Of a DNA stretch of 64,000 nt, positions 50,947-60,754 are shown in pieces; the stretch's first letter is position 1, and every line of letters starts with the position of its first letter. The DNA lies in IMG/VR virus record IMGVR_UViG_3300005913_000002, one strand, 5' to 3'. The notes under the pieces are model-generated. The model saw only the letters and a program-made list of their open reading frames with translations. It was not told where the DNA came from and did not search any database. A program made the position numbers and the translations under genes. Origin of the DNA: a virus.

Positions 50947-53097
50947 ATGGCAGACGTAACTGGTAGAATAGGTGACAACGAAGTCGAATTAAACAATGCG
51001 GCTACGGAAACAACCCTAAAGGCTTTGCTGCTAGCATCTGCTGGTTCCGTTAAAGAAATGAAGAAGTTGGCCAAACTTGCTGAAAAGGCAGGAATGGATG
51101 CTAGAGCAGTTGAACAAGCAGAACAAGCAGTTACTGCCCTGGGTAAGAACTCATCATTAAGTGCAGGCTCCTTACTTAAACTTAATCCTTTGTTCTACGG
51201 CCTTGGCAAAGGAGCACAATTTTTAGGAACTGTTGTAGGAGATGTTGCAGCCAGTGCATTTAAAACAGCAGGTAATCTAACAAACTTAGCCGGTTCATTA
51301 GTTGACGGAGCAGGTGCTGCCAGCGATCTAGCAGGTGCGTTTAAAGATTTGCCACTTGGTATTGGTCTAGTTGCAGGCGCATTTCAAAAGTTATTGCAGT
51401 TACAGGAAGCAGAATTAGAAACCTACAGACAACTTACTAAAGCAGGTGTTAACTTTGGTGGCTCACTGACTACTATTAGAGTTGAAGCATTATCGCTAGG
51501 ACTTACACTTGAACAATTTGGAACTGTTTTATCAAACAATTCTGTTGCATTGGCTAGTATGGGTGCAGGAGCAGAAGACGGTTCAAAGAATTTCGTAAGA
51601 TTAGCAAAAGATTTAAGAAATTCTCCTATGGGAGAACAATTGAGAGCACTAGGATTATCGGCAGAAGAAACTGCAAACGGATTAGCCAACTACATTAAAA
51701 TGACTGGCGGACGGACAGCAGACGAAATGCGTAATACTAAAGGGTTATCAGAGGCAGCAGGATCCTACATGAAACAACTCGACATGTTGGCTACTATAAC
51801 TGGTAAGAGTAGAGAAGAACAAGAAAAAGCCCTACAAGAAGCCCAACAAAATGCAGCGTTTGAAGCATACCTGCAGACATTAGATGAAGATGGTCGTAAA
51901 AAAGCAATGGCAGGCCTATCGCAAGCACTGGCAGTAGGCGGCAAAAGTGCAGTACAAAGTTTGCAAGCAAAGTTAATGAATTTGCCAGATATGACAGACG
52001 CATCGCAAACATTTAGAGCAACAATGGGCAATGCTGCTCAAGGTATAGATCGAATAGCATCTGACATACAAAATAGCGGTAAAACAATAGACGATGTTAA
52101 TCGTTCAGGCGCTGCTGCTATGGCAGGATCTTTTAAAGACATTAAACAGTTTGGAACTACATTAGTTAGTGCAATGAGTATGATGAGTGGACCAACTGCT
52201 GAAGCCATTATGACTGCACAGGCAAACTATAATAGAGCATTGAAGCAAGGTGCAAAATCGCAAGAAGATTTAATAAAACTGCAAAACGACGTTACAAAAG
52301 CACAAGACCGTGCTAAAACTGAAGCAGCCGCGGCAGCAGAATCAGAAAAAGCAATGAGAGATCTCGGAAGAGATGTCTATATGGCATTGCTTCCTGTTAT
52401 TAAAGATTTAACAAAGTTTGCAAATGATTTAGTACAAGACTTTAAAGGAATGTCCGGTAAAGTTTTGCCTGAGGTAGAAGCAGGACTAAGAAAAATTACA
52501 GATTGGATTAAAAGTTTTATCAATCCTGCAACTCGAGACAAGGCAATTAAAGATCTTACTGACGGGCTTACTGATATTTTATCAAAAGTATTCCAAGCAG
52601 TGTGGGATAAATTTAGTATATTTGGTAAAGCAGCACAAGAAGACCCTACTGTTATGCAACCTAATCAAGCACCGGCTGCGGCAAACGGAGCGGTGTTAAG
52701 CGGTCCAAGATCTGGATTTGATGCAATACTACACGGTACAGAAGCAGTAGTTCCTTTACCAGATGGTAGAACTATTCCTGTACAATTAGACATGTCTATG
52801 CCTAGTGCTACAAATTTCCAGCAGCCAGATATAGCAGGTCTAGTAGCAGAAATGCAAAAGACAATGAAATCACAACAGGCAAATCCTTTTGAAAAGTTTG
52901 AAAATTCTTTGGCAGAATTATTTGCACCGAAAGAAAATAACGAACCTGATGTTGTAGGTAAAAATTTACTTAGCGAACTACAAACGTTAAATAAGCAAAC
53001 AGCAGAAATGTTATCTTACGTTCGTGACACCGCAGACACAGGACGCAGAAGCATTGATGCATTAAGAGGATTATCCGGAAATTTATATCCGGTCTAA
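50947..53097 (+). CDS. tail tape-measure-like protein
   Basis: 716 aa, Ala/Leu/Gly/Lys-rich and helical; C-terminal 'ANGAVLSGP.SG..AILHGTEAVVPL'; divergent from the tail chaperone genes. Confidence 0.6.
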   Translation: MADVTGRIGDNEVELNNAATETTLKALLLASAGSVKEMKKLAKLAEKAGMDARAVEQAEQAVTALGKNSSLSAGSLLKLNPLFYGLGKGAQFLGTVVGDVAASAFKTAGNLTNLAGSLVDGAGAASDLAGAFKDLPLGIGLVAGAFQKLLQLQEAELETYRQLTKAGVNFGGSLTTIRVEALSLGLTLEQFGTVLSNNSVALASMGAGAEDGSKNFVRLAKDLRNSPMGEQLRALGLSAEETANGLANYIKMTGGRTADEMRNTKGLSEAAGSYMKQLDMLATITGKSREEQEKALQEAQQNAAFEAYLQTLDEDGRKKAMAGLSQALAVGGKSAVQSLQAKLMNLPDMTDASQTFRATMGNAAQGIDRIASDIQNSGKTIDDVNRSGAAAMAGSFKDIKQFGTTLVSAMSMMSGPTAEAIMTAQANYNRALKQGAKSQEDLIKLQNDVTKAQDRAKTEAAAAAESEKAMRDLGRDVYMALLPVIKDLTKFANDLVQDFKGMSGKVLPEVEAGLRKITDWIKSFINPATRDKAIKDLTDGLTDILSKVFQAVWDKFSIFGKAAQEDPTVMQPNQAPAAANGAVLSGPRSGFDAILHGTEAVVPLPDGRTIPVQLDMSMPSATNFQQPDIAGLVAEMQKTMKSQQANPFEKFENSLAELFAPKENNEPDVVGKNLLSELQTLNKQTAEMLSYVRDTADTGRRSIDALRGLSGNLYPV

Positions 53098-53100
53098 ATT

Positions 53101-54777
53101 ATGTCTTGGAAAAAGTACTTCACCCCCGTTACAGTTAATGCTTCTGGCACAAAAAGTCCAATTAGCGGCGCAGACTCCGCATACGGACCTACCGGAAGCA
53201 AAGCAAATTATAGTTCATACTTGCCGGATGTCTATTCAGGACATCCAAATCGTATTGAAAGATATAATCAATACGATACTATGGATATGGATAGCGAAGT
53301 TAATGCTGCGCTAGATATTCTTGCAGAATTTTGTTCTCAAACTAACGACGAAAATTCTACACCATTTAACATCTTCTTTAAAGAACAGGCAACTCCTACA
53401 GAAGTTAAAATTATTAAACGATCATTGCAGCAATGGACTCGATTAAACAAGTTTCAAAAAAGAATTTTTAAAATTGTACGTAGTGCATTTAAATACGGAG
53501 ATTGTTTTTTTATTCGTGACCCGGAAACACGAGCATGGATGCATGTAGATCCTAGCAAAGTTGATAAAATTATTGTCAACGAAAGCGAAGGTAAAAAGCC
53601 TGAACAATATGTTGTTCGTGATATTAATCCGAACTTTATGAATCTAAGCTCAACTCAGATCAATGCTAACGCTACAAATGCTACTACTCCTACTGCGTAC
53701 AGTGGCGGCGGTAATAAAAATATGGTAGGATCTAGTCCTACCAATACTGGAAATAGATTTGGTGTAAATCAAAATCAATGGGCAATTGATGCAGAACATG
53801 TGGTACATTTGTCAATGAGCGAGGGAATGGACAATAATTTTCCGTTTGGAAATAGTCTATTAGAAAGCATTTTTAAAGTTTACAAGCAGAAAGAACTGCT
53901 TGAAGACGCTATTATTATCTATCGTATACAACGTGCGCCAGAGCGTAGAGTGTTTTATATTGATGTAGGTAATATGCCAAGTCACTTGGCAATGGGATTT
54001 GTTGAGCGTGTGAAAAACGAAGTAAATCAACGACGCATCCCAAGTGTAACTGGAGGAGGACAAAGCGTTGTAGATGCTAGTTACAATCCGTTAAGTATCA
54101 ACGAAGATTACTTTTTCCCACAAACTTCTGAAGGTAGGGGTTCTAAAGTTGAAGTTCTTCCAGGCGGTACTAACTTAGGAGAAATTGATGATCTTAGATA
54201 TTTTACTAATAAGTTGTTTCGTGCTCTACGCATACCTAGCAGTTATCTTCCGACCGGGCCTGACGACGGAGGATCTTCGTTCAATGATGGTAGAGTTGGA
54301 ACAGCATACATTCAAGAATTACGATTCAACAAGTACTGCGAGCGTCTCCAAAGTCTCTTAAACGAGAATTTTGATATTGAATTTAAAGATTACTTAATGC
54401 ATAAAGGCATTAACTTTGATCCTAATATATTTGAATTACAATTTAATCCACCACAAAACTTTGCTTCATACCGTCAAACAGAAATGGATACTGCAAGAAT
54501 TTCTAGTTATAGCGCAGTTATTGCAGTTCCTTTTATTAGCAAACGGTTTGCATTAAAACGATTCTTAGGTCTTTCATTAGAAGAAATGGCTGAGAACGAG
54601 GAAATGTGGAAAGAAGAAAATGGTCTATCTGCTAAACAAGTACCAGCAGCCGCTGAACTGCGTGGTGCAGGCATTACAGCAGGCGGAATGGATATAGATA
54701 CTGAAGATTTAAGTCAAGCAGAAGAAATACCTCCAGAAGATTTAGGTGGTGCAGAAACACTACCGCCGCAACAATAA
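53101..54777 (+). CDS. gp20: portal protein gp20
   Basis: 'LLEDAIIIYRIQRAPERRVFYIDVGNMP', 'EDYFFP..EGRGSKVEVLPGG.NLGEIDDLRYF..KL..AL.IP.S', 'ELRFNK'. Confidence 0.95.
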   Translation: MSWKKYFTPVTVNASGTKSPISGADSAYGPTGSKANYSSYLPDVYSGHPNRIERYNQYDTMDMDSEVNAALDILAEFCSQTNDENSTPFNIFFKEQATPTEVKIIKRSLQQWTRLNKFQKRIFKIVRSAFKYGDCFFIRDPETRAWMHVDPSKVDKIIVNESEGKKPEQYVVRDINPNFMNLSSTQINANATNATTPTAYSGGGNKNMVGSSPTNTGNRFGVNQNQWAIDAEHVVHLSMSEGMDNNFPFGNSLLESIFKVYKQKELLEDAIIIYRIQRAPERRVFYIDVGNMPSHLAMGFVERVKNEVNQRRIPSVTGGGQSVVDASYNPLSINEDYFFPQTSEGRGSKVEVLPGGTNLGEIDDLRYFTNKLFRALRIPSSYLPTGPDDGGSSFNDGRVGTAYIQELRFNKYCERLQSLLNENFDIEFKDYLMHKGINFDPNIFELQFNPPQNFASYRQTEMDTARISSYSAVIAVPFISKRFALKRFLGLSLEEMAENEEMWKEENGLSAKQVPAAAELRGAGITAGGMDIDTEDLSQAEEIPPEDLGGAETLPPQQ

Positions 54778-54783
54778 TTTGGA

Positions 54784-54790
54784 ATAAATA
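54784..54790 (+). promoter_or_regulatory. putative late promoter ATAAATA
   Basis: TAAATA 5 nt upstream of ATG 54796. Confidence 0.55.
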
Positions 54791-54795
54791 GTATT

Positions 54796-55035
54796 ATGCT
54801 ACTAAACGAATTCATTTATTTTAACAAAGAAAGTGCAGATTTAGATTCTGACGATCGCTATGAACCATTAGATGACAGTAGTGTAATAACATCTAAAGAT
54901 ACTAGAAAAACTAGACTTACACTAAGGATGATAAACGATTTAAGAAAAGCAGGAGATGTAAGAGAAGCCGAACAAAAAGAACATCTTAAGTTTGTAAAAA
55001 TCATGTACGCTACACCTGTTGAACCTGCGGTATAA
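54796..55035 (+). CDS. small head-morphogenesis protein (hypothetical)
   Basis: 79 aa between portal and core genes; 'MLLNEF', 'RKTRLTL..INDLRK'. Confidence 0.65.
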   Translation: MLLNEFIYFNKESADLDSDDRYEPLDDSSVITSKDTRKTRLTLRMINDLRKAGDVREAEQKEHLKFVKIMYATPVEPAV

Positions 55036-55161
55036 TAACTATCTATATAACTTTTTGAATTAGAATATTAAATATTTTAGTCAAAAATTCACACTATAAT
55101 CTCTTTTTTACCAAAAACGAGCCGTTTTTGGCCTGTTTCGCATAAGTATTAGCGCTTGGTT

Positions 55162-55168
55162 GTAAATA
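55162..55168 (+). promoter_or_regulatory. putative late promoter GTAAATA for the head operon
   Basis: TAAATA upstream of RBS AAGGAG and ATG 55210. Confidence 0.6.
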
Positions 55169-55209
55169 TATAGGACAGCCTTGCCAATCTAATTAAAGGA
55201 GAACCCGCA

Positions 55210-56100
55210 ATGTCTAACAAGTTTGAAGAACTATTAGATCTTCTTGTCAACGAGGAAATGGATAAGGCAAATGAATTATTCCACGAAATCGTTGTAGAGA
55301 AGAGTAGAGAAATTTACGAAAATATGATTGCTGAAGAAGCAGAAGACGATGAAGAAGATGAAGACGACGCAGTAGAAGAAGCCATGGACGATGAAGACGA
55401 CATGGAAGAGTCTATTGAAGAAGAAACAACCCTAGAAATCGGCGGCGACGCTAGCGATGACTTTGTATCTGATGTCCAAGACGATGATGCAATGGGCATG
55501 GACAGTGATATGGCCGGCGATTTAGGCGACGAAGGCGAAGGTTCTGAAGAAGAACGTATTGCTGACTTAGAAGACGCACTAGAACAATTGAAAGCCGAGT
55601 TTGAACAACTAATGGCAGGCGAAGAAAACGAACCAGAACACGACGACATGGAAATGGACGACGAAGAAGGTGATGATGACATGGACGACGAAGAATCTGA
55701 TGACGAGGGAGAAAATCCTTTTGCTAAAGAAAGCGTTCGTGAATATGTTGAAAAAGTTTCCGACGGTCACGGAGTTGAGAAAAAAGGTCGTACAGACTCA
55801 CCAGACAATGGTAAGAGTCCAGTAAGTACTGCTAAAGGTAAGCCAACAACAGGCGCAACTGCACACAACATCTTAGGTAGCAAGTCTACTGAAGCAGGTG
55901 GCAAGGGCGGTCAAGGTCTAGTTGGTAATGTTAAAGGCGAATATACTAAAGGTGTTGAAAAGAACATCACAGGTAGCGCTAAAACAAAAATGCCACAAGG
56001 TAACACCCTAAGTAAAGTTGCCGCAGGTCATGGCGCAGAGAGAAAAGGTACTAGCGAAACTGGTGCTTATACTAAATCTCCTGCAGACCGAGCACAATAA
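55210..56100 (+). CDS. highly acidic prohead core / scaffold-like protein
   Basis: D/E/M-rich region with a coiled coil, between portal and protease (position of T4 gp67/gp68). Confidence 0.65.
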   Translation: MSNKFEELLDLLVNEEMDKANELFHEIVVEKSREIYENMIAEEAEDDEEDEDDAVEEAMDDEDDMEESIEEETTLEIGGDASDDFVSDVQDDDAMGMDSDMAGDLGDEGEGSEEERIADLEDALEQLKAEFEQLMAGEENEPEHDDMEMDDEEGDDDMDDEESDDEGENPFAKESVREYVEKVSDGHGVEKKGRTDSPDNGKSPVSTAKGKPTTGATAHNILGSKSTEAGGKGGQGLVGNVKGEYTKGVEKNITGSAKTKMPQGNTLSKVAAGHGAERKGTSETGAYTKSPADRAQ

Positions 56101-56113
56101 TTAGGAAAATAGG

Positions 56114-56749
56114 ATGAAACAACTTTCATATCTAAGAGAGCATTTAAGTTTTGATCAGGCGAGAGTAGTCTTAGAGTCTGATGACAAGGACGGTAAGAAT
56201 CTATACTTGAAGGGAATTGCTATTCAAGGCGGTATCCGAAATGCCAACCAGCGGGTTTATCCAGTAAATGAGATTGCTAACGCTGTAAAAACTTTAAATG
56301 ATCAAATTCAGAGTGGTTATTCTGTTTTAGGTGAAGTTGATCATCCTGATGATTTAAAAGTAAATTTAGACCGTGTATCCCATATGATTACAGATATGTG
56401 GATGGACGGCCCAAATGGCTATGGAAAGATGAAAATCCTTCCTACCCCAATGGGTAACTTAGTTCGCACAATGCTTGAAAGCGGCGTAAAACTTGGCGTA
56501 AGTTCTAGAGGTAGCGGTAACGTTAATGAAGGTTCTGGCGAAGTAGCAGATTTTGAGATTATTACTGTTGACGTAGTTGCTCAACCAAGTGCTCCTGGTG
56601 CTTATCCTACACCTGTTTATGAACATATCATGAACATGCGTGGAGGTAACAAAGCATTTACAGTAGCGCAAGAAGTGAAAGAAGATCCAAAGGCCCAGAA
56701 GTATCTACGAGAGGCGATGCTTCATATTATTAACGGGTTAAAAACCTAA
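56114..56749 (+). CDS. gp21: prohead protease gp21
   Basis: 'NANQRVYP', 'LGEVDHP', 'RVSH', 'LPTPMG', 'GVSSRGSG', 'DVVAQPSAPGA'. Confidence 0.95.
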   Translation: MKQLSYLREHLSFDQARVVLESDDKDGKNLYLKGIAIQGGIRNANQRVYPVNEIANAVKTLNDQIQSGYSVLGEVDHPDDLKVNLDRVSHMITDMWMDGPNGYGKMKILPTPMGNLVRTMLESGVKLGVSSRGSGNVNEGSGEVADFEIITVDVVAQPSAPGAYPTPVYEHIMNMRGGNKAFTVAQEVKEDPKAQKYLREAMLHIINGLKT

Positions 56750-56761
56750 GGAGACCAAAAA

Positions 56762-57865
56762 ATGTTGGACGCATTCAAACAATTGGTCGAAAGTGGCGTG
56801 ATGTCAGAAGACGTAAAGTCTGAGATTGAAGGCGCTTTTACCCAACGTATTCAAGAGAATCGCGACCAAGTCACTGCCGAACTTCGTGAAGAGTTTGCTC
56901 AAAAATACAGCCATGATAAGGCTGTTATGGTTGAAGCACTTGACAAGATGATCGGTGAGAGATTGGCCGCAGAAATGGCCGAGTTAGCAGAAGATAAGAA
57001 TGCCCTAGTGGAAGCAAAGGTTACTTATCAACGCAAAATGACAGGTGATGCTAAAATATTAGAATCATTTATCATGAAACAACTTGGTAAAGAATTAGTA
57101 GAATTCCAAAGCGATCGTGATAAAGTTGCTGAGAATTTTTCTAAGTTAGAGAACTTTATTGTAGGTGCTCTAGCAAGAGAAATCAACGAGTTTGCAATTG
57201 ACAAGCGTGATTTAGCAGAAACGAAAGTTAAGTTAGTCCGTGAAGCAAAAAACAAGTTTGGAGAAATCAAAGCGCAATTTATTAAGCGTAGTGCTGCAAT
57301 TGTTGAAAACACAGTTACTAAAAAATTAACTTCTGAGATGAAACAACTCAAAGAAGATATTGATAGTGCCCGTGAAAACGCATTTGGACGCCGCTTATTT
57401 GAAGCATTTGCTCAAGAGTTTGGTACAAGTTATCTAAACGAAAAATCTGAAACAAGTAAATTGTTGAAGGTTATCGAGAAGAAAGAACTTGAACTAGCAG
57501 AAGCAAGGGCTGCTGTTAATGAAAAAACACATTTAGTAGAATCTAAGGACCGCGAAATTCGTGTTGCCTATGATATTGCTAAACGTAAAGAAGTAATGGC
57601 AGAAATGCTAGCACCATTAGGTGCTGAGCAAAAAAGTATTATGAAAGAATTGCTAGAGTCTGTACAGACTGCAAAACTTAGTGATACTTTTGACAAATAC
57701 CTACCAGCAGTTATGGAAGGTGCAGTTAAGAAAACTACTAAGGTGCAAACCAAAGAAGTTATTACTGAAAGCACAGAAGTAACTGGAGACCGGGAACAAA
57801 AGACAGCCGAGGTAGGCTTAAAAGAAAACATCTTAGACATCCGCAAATTAGCGGGTCTAAAATAA
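56762..57865 (+). CDS. gp22: prohead core scaffolding protein gp22-like
   Basis: Long E/K-rich coiled coil between protease and capsid genes. Confidence 0.75.
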   Translation: MLDAFKQLVESGVMSEDVKSEIEGAFTQRIQENRDQVTAELREEFAQKYSHDKAVMVEALDKMIGERLAAEMAELAEDKNALVEAKVTYQRKMTGDAKILESFIMKQLGKELVEFQSDRDKVAENFSKLENFIVGALAREINEFAIDKRDLAETKVKLVREAKNKFGEIKAQFIKRSAAIVENTVTKKLTSEMKQLKEDIDSARENAFGRRLFEAFAQEFGTSYLNEKSETSKLLKVIEKKELELAEARAAVNEKTHLVESKDREIRVAYDIAKRKEVMAEMLAPLGAEQKSIMKELLESVQTAKLSDTFDKYLPAVMEGAVKKTTKVQTKEVITESTEVTGDREQKTAEVGLKENILDIRKLAGLK

Positions 57866-57890
57866 ACTTAATTCAAGGAGAAGACATAAA

Positions 57891-59066
57891 ATGTCACAAT
57901 TATTAAACGAAAGATGGTCAGAGACCAAAGACGCTCTGCTTGAAGGCCTACAAGGTACCAAGAGATCCGTAATGGCAACAACTCTTGAGAATACTCGCAA
58001 GTATTTGGCTGAAAGCGCAACTGCTGGTGCAACAAGTTCCGGCAACATTGCAACATTAAACCGTGTTATTTTACCGGTTATCAGACGTGTTATGCCGACT
58101 GTTATTGCTAACGAAATCGTTGGTGTACAGCCTATGACAGGTCCAGTTGCACAAATTCACACTCTACGTGTTCGTTATGCTGATAGCGGCGACGGCATTG
58201 TAGCAGGTGACGAGGCATTAAGTCCATTCAAGATCGCTGCTGCTTATTCTGGTAACAACGTTGATGCAACTCCAAAGGCGCAAACAACTGCTGTTCTAGA
58301 AGGTCGGCCAGGCAAGCGTATGAGCATTCAAATCTTGAAAGCACCAGTTGAAGCGAAGACACGTAAGTTAAGCGCACGCTGGACTTTTGAGGCTGCACAA
58401 GATGCACAATCCATGCAAGGTATTGACATTGAAGCAGAAATTATGGCTGCTCTAGCACAAGAAATTACTGCTGAAATTGACCAAGAAGTACTAGCAAGTC
58501 TACGTTCTTTAGGTTCAGTTGAGCAGACATATGACCAGGCTGCTGTAAGTGGTACTGCTACATTTGTTGGTGATGAGCATGCTGCTTTAGCGATTCAAAT
58601 CAACCGTGTTGCTAACTTGATTGCTCAGCGTACACGTCGTGGTTCTGCTAACTGGGCAGTTGTATCTAACCAGGCTCTAACGATCCTTCAGTCTGCTACA
58701 ACTAGCGCATTTGCACGTACTACAGAAGGTACATTTGAAGCACCTACAAACACTAAGTTTGTTGGTACATTAAACAACAGCATGAGAATTTATGTTGATG
58801 CTTACATGAGTGATGCAGATGACAACAACCAAGTATTAGTTGGATACAAAGGTACAAGCGAAGCAGATGCTGCTGCGTTCTACTGCCCATATATTCCTCT
58901 AATGAGTTCTGGTGTTGTGCTAGATCCAGCAACATTCGAACCAGTAGTTGGCTTTATGACACGTTACGGATATGTTGAGTTAACAAACACAGCATCTTCA
59001 CTAGGTAACGCTGCTGATTACTTAGGTAAAGTTGCTATCACTAGCGCTAACGTAAGTTTCCGTTAA
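57891..59066 (+). CDS. gp23: major capsid protein gp23
   Basis: 'LPVIRRVMP..IA.EIVGVQPMTGP', 'VEAKTRKL.ARWT.EAAQD', 'EITAEIDQE', 'FYCPYIPL', 'FEPVVGFMTRYG'. Confidence 0.95.
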   Translation: MSQLLNERWSETKDALLEGLQGTKRSVMATTLENTRKYLAESATAGATSSGNIATLNRVILPVIRRVMPTVIANEIVGVQPMTGPVAQIHTLRVRYADSGDGIVAGDEALSPFKIAAAYSGNNVDATPKAQTTAVLEGRPGKRMSIQILKAPVEAKTRKLSARWTFEAAQDAQSMQGIDIEAEIMAALAQEITAEIDQEVLASLRSLGSVEQTYDQAAVSGTATFVGDEHAALAIQINRVANLIAQRTRRGSANWAVVSNQALTILQSATTSAFARTTEGTFEAPTNTKFVGTLNNSMRIYVDAYMSDADDNNQVLVGYKGTSEADAAAFYCPYIPLMSSGVVLDPATFEPVVGFMTRYGYVELTNTASSLGNAADYLGKVAITSANVSFR

Positions 59067-59090
59067 TCTTTAATTAGATAAAAGGCAAAT

Positions 59091-59115
59091 AAAAACCCGC
59101 TTCGGCGGGTTTTTT
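59091..59115 (+). terminator. intrinsic terminator after the capsid gene
   Basis: aaaaacccgc-ttcg-gcgggtttttt. Confidence 0.9.
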
Positions 59116-59116
59116 G

Positions 59117-59123
59117 TTAAATA
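59117..59123 (+). promoter_or_regulatory. putative late promoter TTAAATA
   Basis: TAAATA immediately after the terminator. Confidence 0.6.
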
Positions 59124-59134
59124 CAGTGTCATTA

Positions 59135-59200
59135 ATCGTGCCTACACTTGAGTAGGACTTATGCAGAATTGACCCGCTGCGTAGACCTAGAACGTTTTAA
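59135..59200 (+). promoter_or_regulatory. structured 5' leader (two-hairpin junction)
   Basis: cctac/gtagg and ttatgcag/ctgcgtag hairpins closed by cgt/acg just before RBS AAGGAG. Confidence 0.45.
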
Positions 59201-59211
59201 AGGAGAAACAA

Positions 59212-59625
59212 ATGGGACGTCCAACTAACAAACGCTATTTTAGCGCAAATACAGATAATAATATTAAAGTTCAATTTCACAATGGTTCCGCTAGTGTTGC
59301 AGGATATATTGTAAAACAAAGAGGTAGTAAAACTTTTGTTTGCTCTGATGGTTCATTGCAAAAAACATGCAGATTAGTTGATAAAGCATCTGCTGCGATC
59401 GCTGCTGGCGAAATGACAATTACTTTTCAATTAGACGGCGGAAGTGCGGTACGTGCAGTTAAAATGGCCGGTCGTGTAATGACTGCTAATGACGGTGCTC
59501 GTTATCCGTGGAACTTTAGCGTATCTTCAATTGATGGAGCCGCCCGTGTTGAAGAAGCAGGCACATCTACAGTTGCTGTTACTACAGCAACAGGTACTAC
59601 AAACTTTGAAGGCGACGCAGAGTAA
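59212..59625 (+). CDS. virion structural protein, possibly head decoration
   Basis: Strong RBS, own late promoter and terminator, follows gp23; 'GYIVKQRGSKTF'. Confidence 0.6.
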   Translation: MGRPTNKRYFSANTDNNIKVQFHNGSASVAGYIVKQRGSKTFVCSDGSLQKTCRLVDKASAAIAAGEMTITFQLDGGSAVRAVKMAGRVMTANDGARYPWNFSVSSIDGAARVEEAGTSTVAVTTATGTTNFEGDAE

Positions 59626-59645
59626 ATTACTTAGATGTAATTTAA

Positions 59646-59666
59646 AAAAGGGCTTCGGCCCTTTTC
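59646..59666 (+). terminator. intrinsic terminator
   Basis: aaaagggc-ttcg-gcccttttc. Confidence 0.85.
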
Positions 59667-59676
59667 TTATTTACGG

Positions 59677-59683
59677 CTAAATA
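59677..59683 (+). promoter_or_regulatory. putative late promoter CTAAATA
   Basis: TAAATA after the terminator, before RBS AAGGA and ATG 59705. Confidence 0.6.
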
Positions 59684-59704
59684 TGTTAAAGGAATCTGAC
59701 CGCC

Positions 59705-60745
59705 ATGGCATTAGACGTTATAAGATATACAGGTGATTTAAAGTTAGCCACTGCTCGTGGAGGAACTATTACACTCGATACGGGTGTAAACACTGGAACA
59801 GTTGTTATAACTGGTAGTTTAAATGTTTTAGGCAATCAGACTAGTTTTGCAGCAACTAATACTAACATTCAAGATAATATTCTTTTACTTAATGCAGGCG
59901 AAACAAATTCATATGTAACATACGGTTCGGCAGGTCTTGCAATCGATAGAGGTAGTAGAGATAGCACAACATCGTCTGCAAGAATATTATTCAATGAAGA
60001 TACCTGGGTATGGACAAAAAACAATGGAACTACTTCTTCTAATGCAGGAAGTTGGTCTATAACTGTTGGTAACGGTGTTTCACAAAAAGGCAGCGCTTTA
60101 AGATTATCTTCTTTGATGCTAGATTATTCAGGAGTTGTTGATTCTAGCACTACTACCAACAGAATGATTCTGTTAGGAAATAGCGGACAACCAGAAATGT
60201 TGTCAGTTATAGGACAGCAAAATTATGCTTCTCGAGTAACACATCCTAATGATATTCCAAATAAAGAATATGTAGATAACAGACCTTTTTCAGGAACTGC
60301 TACTAGTTCATTAACTTCTTTAGAACTAAGACAAGGTAACACATATGTTACTGTATCAGACGACAGCGTATCAGGACTACCGAGTAAAGTAACTACATAC
60401 ATTGACGGAGTTAGTCAATTCTTAGTTCAAGGTAGCGGTATTACAATGCAAGGCATTGCTATTGTAAATCGTACTCTAAGAACAACTACAGCCAATACAG
60501 ACTTAACGTTACAAACTTTTGGCACAGGCACTACAGTAGTAAATAACGGTATATCAATTGGTGTATCTTCTACTGCTCCATTTAGAAGCCAAGGCTCTGT
60601 AAAGATTTATTCTACATCAACATTAGGCGCAGGTAGTACAGGATTGTTATTTGTTGCAGATGACAACAGAACATCACCATCTACAGAAGTTAGAGGTGAA
60701 TTAATATCTGCAAGAAAAGCATTGGTATTTTCAATTATATTTTAA
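59705..60745 (+). CDS. virion structural / fibre-like protein
   Basis: 'GSLNVLG..IQDNILLLNAGE..GLAIDRG', 'DIPNKEYVD' fibre-type motifs. Confidence 0.6.
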   Translation: MALDVIRYTGDLKLATARGGTITLDTGVNTGTVVITGSLNVLGNQTSFAATNTNIQDNILLLNAGETNSYVTYGSAGLAIDRGSRDSTTSSARILFNEDTWVWTKNNGTTSSNAGSWSITVGNGVSQKGSALRLSSLMLDYSGVVDSSTTTNRMILLGNSGQPEMLSVIGQQNYASRVTHPNDIPNKEYVDNRPFSGTATSSLTSLELRQGNTYVTVSDDSVSGLPSKVTTYIDGVSQFLVQGSGITMQGIAIVNRTLRTTTANTDLTLQTFGTGTTVVNNGISIGVSSTAPFRSQGSVKIYSTSTLGAGSTGLLFVADDNRTSPSTEVRGELISARKALVFSIIF

Positions 60746-60754
60746 GGATTTAAG

